This document shows positions 61,981 through 64,000 of a stretch of 64,000 nt of DNA, one piece after another. A model generated the notes under the pieces. It saw only the letters and a list, made by a program, of their open reading frames with translations, ran no database searches and was not told where the DNA came from. Position 1 is the first letter of the stretch. Every line of letters begins with the position of its first letter. This DNA comes from Tubiluchus corallicola (lineage: Eukaryota > Animalia > Priapulida), in assembly GCA_030141605.1 (NCBI GenBank), contig JAQGDQ010000384.1, positions 87,167 through 151,166 on the forward strand, written 5' to 3'. The translations under genes and the position numbers were made by a program.

Positions 61981-63940
61981 CCCTATTCACCAGCTACAGA
62001 CTGCTCTTCTTCTGGCTCGGATTTCTGGGTGACGGATAATAACTTCAGAGCCTACCTGAAAGGAATAGTTCCTAGTGCCTTCACTTCCAACGACTATCTT
62101 GTCACCAACCATTCCAGCCTGGAATCTGTTACCGAAATAGATGTCGATGACCAGAATATTGCCTCTTTAAATGGCATTCAGTTTTTTACAAATGTACAGG
62201 AGCTGGACTGCTCCGAAAATCAGATCACAAGTTTAGATATAAGTAAAAATACGGCTTTAAAGAATCTGGATTGCGAAAGCAATCAGCTCACAAGCTTAGA
62301 TGTAAGTAATAATACGGCTTTAAAGAATCTGGATTGCGAAAGCAATCAGCTCACAAGCTTAGATGTAAGTAAAAATACGGCTCTAGAAGAGCTGGATTGC
62401 TATGAAAATCAGCTCACAAGCTTAAATGTAAGTAATAATACGAATTTGAAGGATCTAGAGTGTTATAAAAACAGTCTGACCAGCTTGGACGTGAGCGGGC
62501 TTACACAATTAATAAAGTTGTCTGTAGATCATAATATAAAGTGCGACCCTTCTATTATAGCACTTAACCCTTCTGACAGTAAATATTGGAATGGGAGCGA
62601 CCTTGTCCCCTATTCACCAGCTATAGACTGCTCTTCTTCTGGTTCGGATTTCTGGGTGACGGATAATAATTTCAGAGCCTACCTAAAATTGGTAGTCCCC
62701 AATGCCTTCACTTCCAACGACCACCTTATCACCACCCATTCCAGTCTGGAATCTGTTACCGAAATAGATGTCGATGACCAGAATATTGCCTCTTTAAATG
62801 GCATTCAGTTTTTTACAAATGTACAGGAGCTGGACTGCTCCGAAAATCAGATCACAAGCTTAGATATAAGTAAAAATACGGCTTTAAAGAATCTAGATTG
62901 CGAAAGCAATCAGCTCACAAGCTTAGATGTAAGTAAAAATACGGCTCTAGAAGAGCTGGATTGCTATGAAAATCAGCTCACAAGCTTAAATGTAAGTAAT
63001 AATACGAATTTGAAGGATCTAGAGTGTTATAAAAACAGTCTGACCAGCTTGGACGTGAGCGGGCTTACACAATTAATAAAGTTGTCTGTAGATCATAATA
63101 TAAAGTGCGACCCTTCTATTATAGCACTTAACCCTTCTGACAGTAAATATTGGAATGGGAGCGACCTTGTCCCCTATTCACCAGCTACAGACTGCTCTTC
63201 TTCTGGTTCGGATTTCTGGGTGCCGGATAATAACTTCAGAGCCTACCTAAAATTGGTAGTCCCCAATGCCTTCACTTCCAACGACCACCTTATCACCACC
63301 CATTCCAGTCTGGGATATGTTACCGAAATAGATGTCGAAAGACGTAGCATTGCCTCCTTAGACGGCGTTCAGTTTTTTACAAATGTACAGAAACTAGACT
63401 GCTCCGAAAATCAGATCACAAGCTTAGATATAAGTAAAAATACGGCTTTATGGGATCTGGATTGTGAAAGCAATCGGATCACAAGCTTAGATATAAGTAA
63501 AAATACGGCTCTACTAGAGCTGGATTGTTCCAAAAATCAACTTACAAACTTAGATGTAAGTAAAAATACGGCTCTACTAGAGCTGGATTGCGAAAGCAAT
63601 CAGCTCACAAGCTTAGATATAAGTAAAAATACAGCTTTAAAGGAGCTGGATTGTTCCAAAAATCAACTTACAAACTTAGATGTAAGTAAAAATACGGCTC
63701 TACTAGAGCTGGATTGCGAAAGCAAGCTTAGATGTAAGTAAAAATACGAAATTGACGGATCTAGAGTGTTATAAAAACAGACTGACCAGTTTGGACGTGA
63801 GCAAGCTTGAATCATTATATGAGTTGTCTGTAGATCAACAAATAAGGTGTGAGCCTTCTATTAAAGCACGTAATCCGCGTGAGAGTAAGTACTGGAACGG
63901 AAACACTCTTGTCGACTACTCTCCGAGAATGGAGTGTTGA
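60826..63940 (+). CDS. LRR surface lipoprotein paralog, frameshifted near its 3' end (ORFs 60826-63741 and 63752-63940)
   Basis: Near-identical 5' part to the 57445 gene; an 11-bp deletion at about 63726 shifts the last LRR and cap into another frame. Confidence 0.88.
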
Positions 63941-64000
63941 CTACTCTTCTAATCAAGACGAAGTAAAAGGAGGTACTGTATTGTGCAACACGCCCTTTTA

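Noticed and set aside
55089-63940. CRISPR-like 63-bp periodicity
   Set aside because: The repeats are in-frame coding LRRs.

Overview
Bacteroidetes (Bacteroidales/Marinilabiliales-like) chromosome window with four zones. (1) 1-14694 is a decayed, AT-rich island next to the 3' end of tRNA-Lys(TTT). It holds an ECF-sigma/FecR/SusC/SusD locus, a 5'-truncated class II ribonucleotide reductase, nested IS3 and IS21 remnants, a GNAT-rsgA unit ending in an attC-like site, a Fic gene, an ArdC fragment and a split tyrosine-integrase pseudogene with a 172-bp duplication. (2) 15-23 kb is core genes (asnS, rpoN, two SPOR-like proteins, relA/spoT) interspersed with a degenerate 120-140-bp repeat family. 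(3) 23-50 kb holds two SusC/SusD loci and metabolic genes. (4) Two families of modular surface lipoproteins appear to be diversifying by duplication and recombination: four Ig-stalk + GLUG-repeat paralogs (one a pseudogene) and a tandem array of three capped-LRR lipoproteins with variable LRR counts and mosaic structure. One SusC shares its upstream region and lipoprotein-type leader with the neighbouring GLUG lipoprotein. I saw no CRISPR array, reverse transcriptase or recognisable defence operon. All calls come from reading motifs by eye; no database searches were run.
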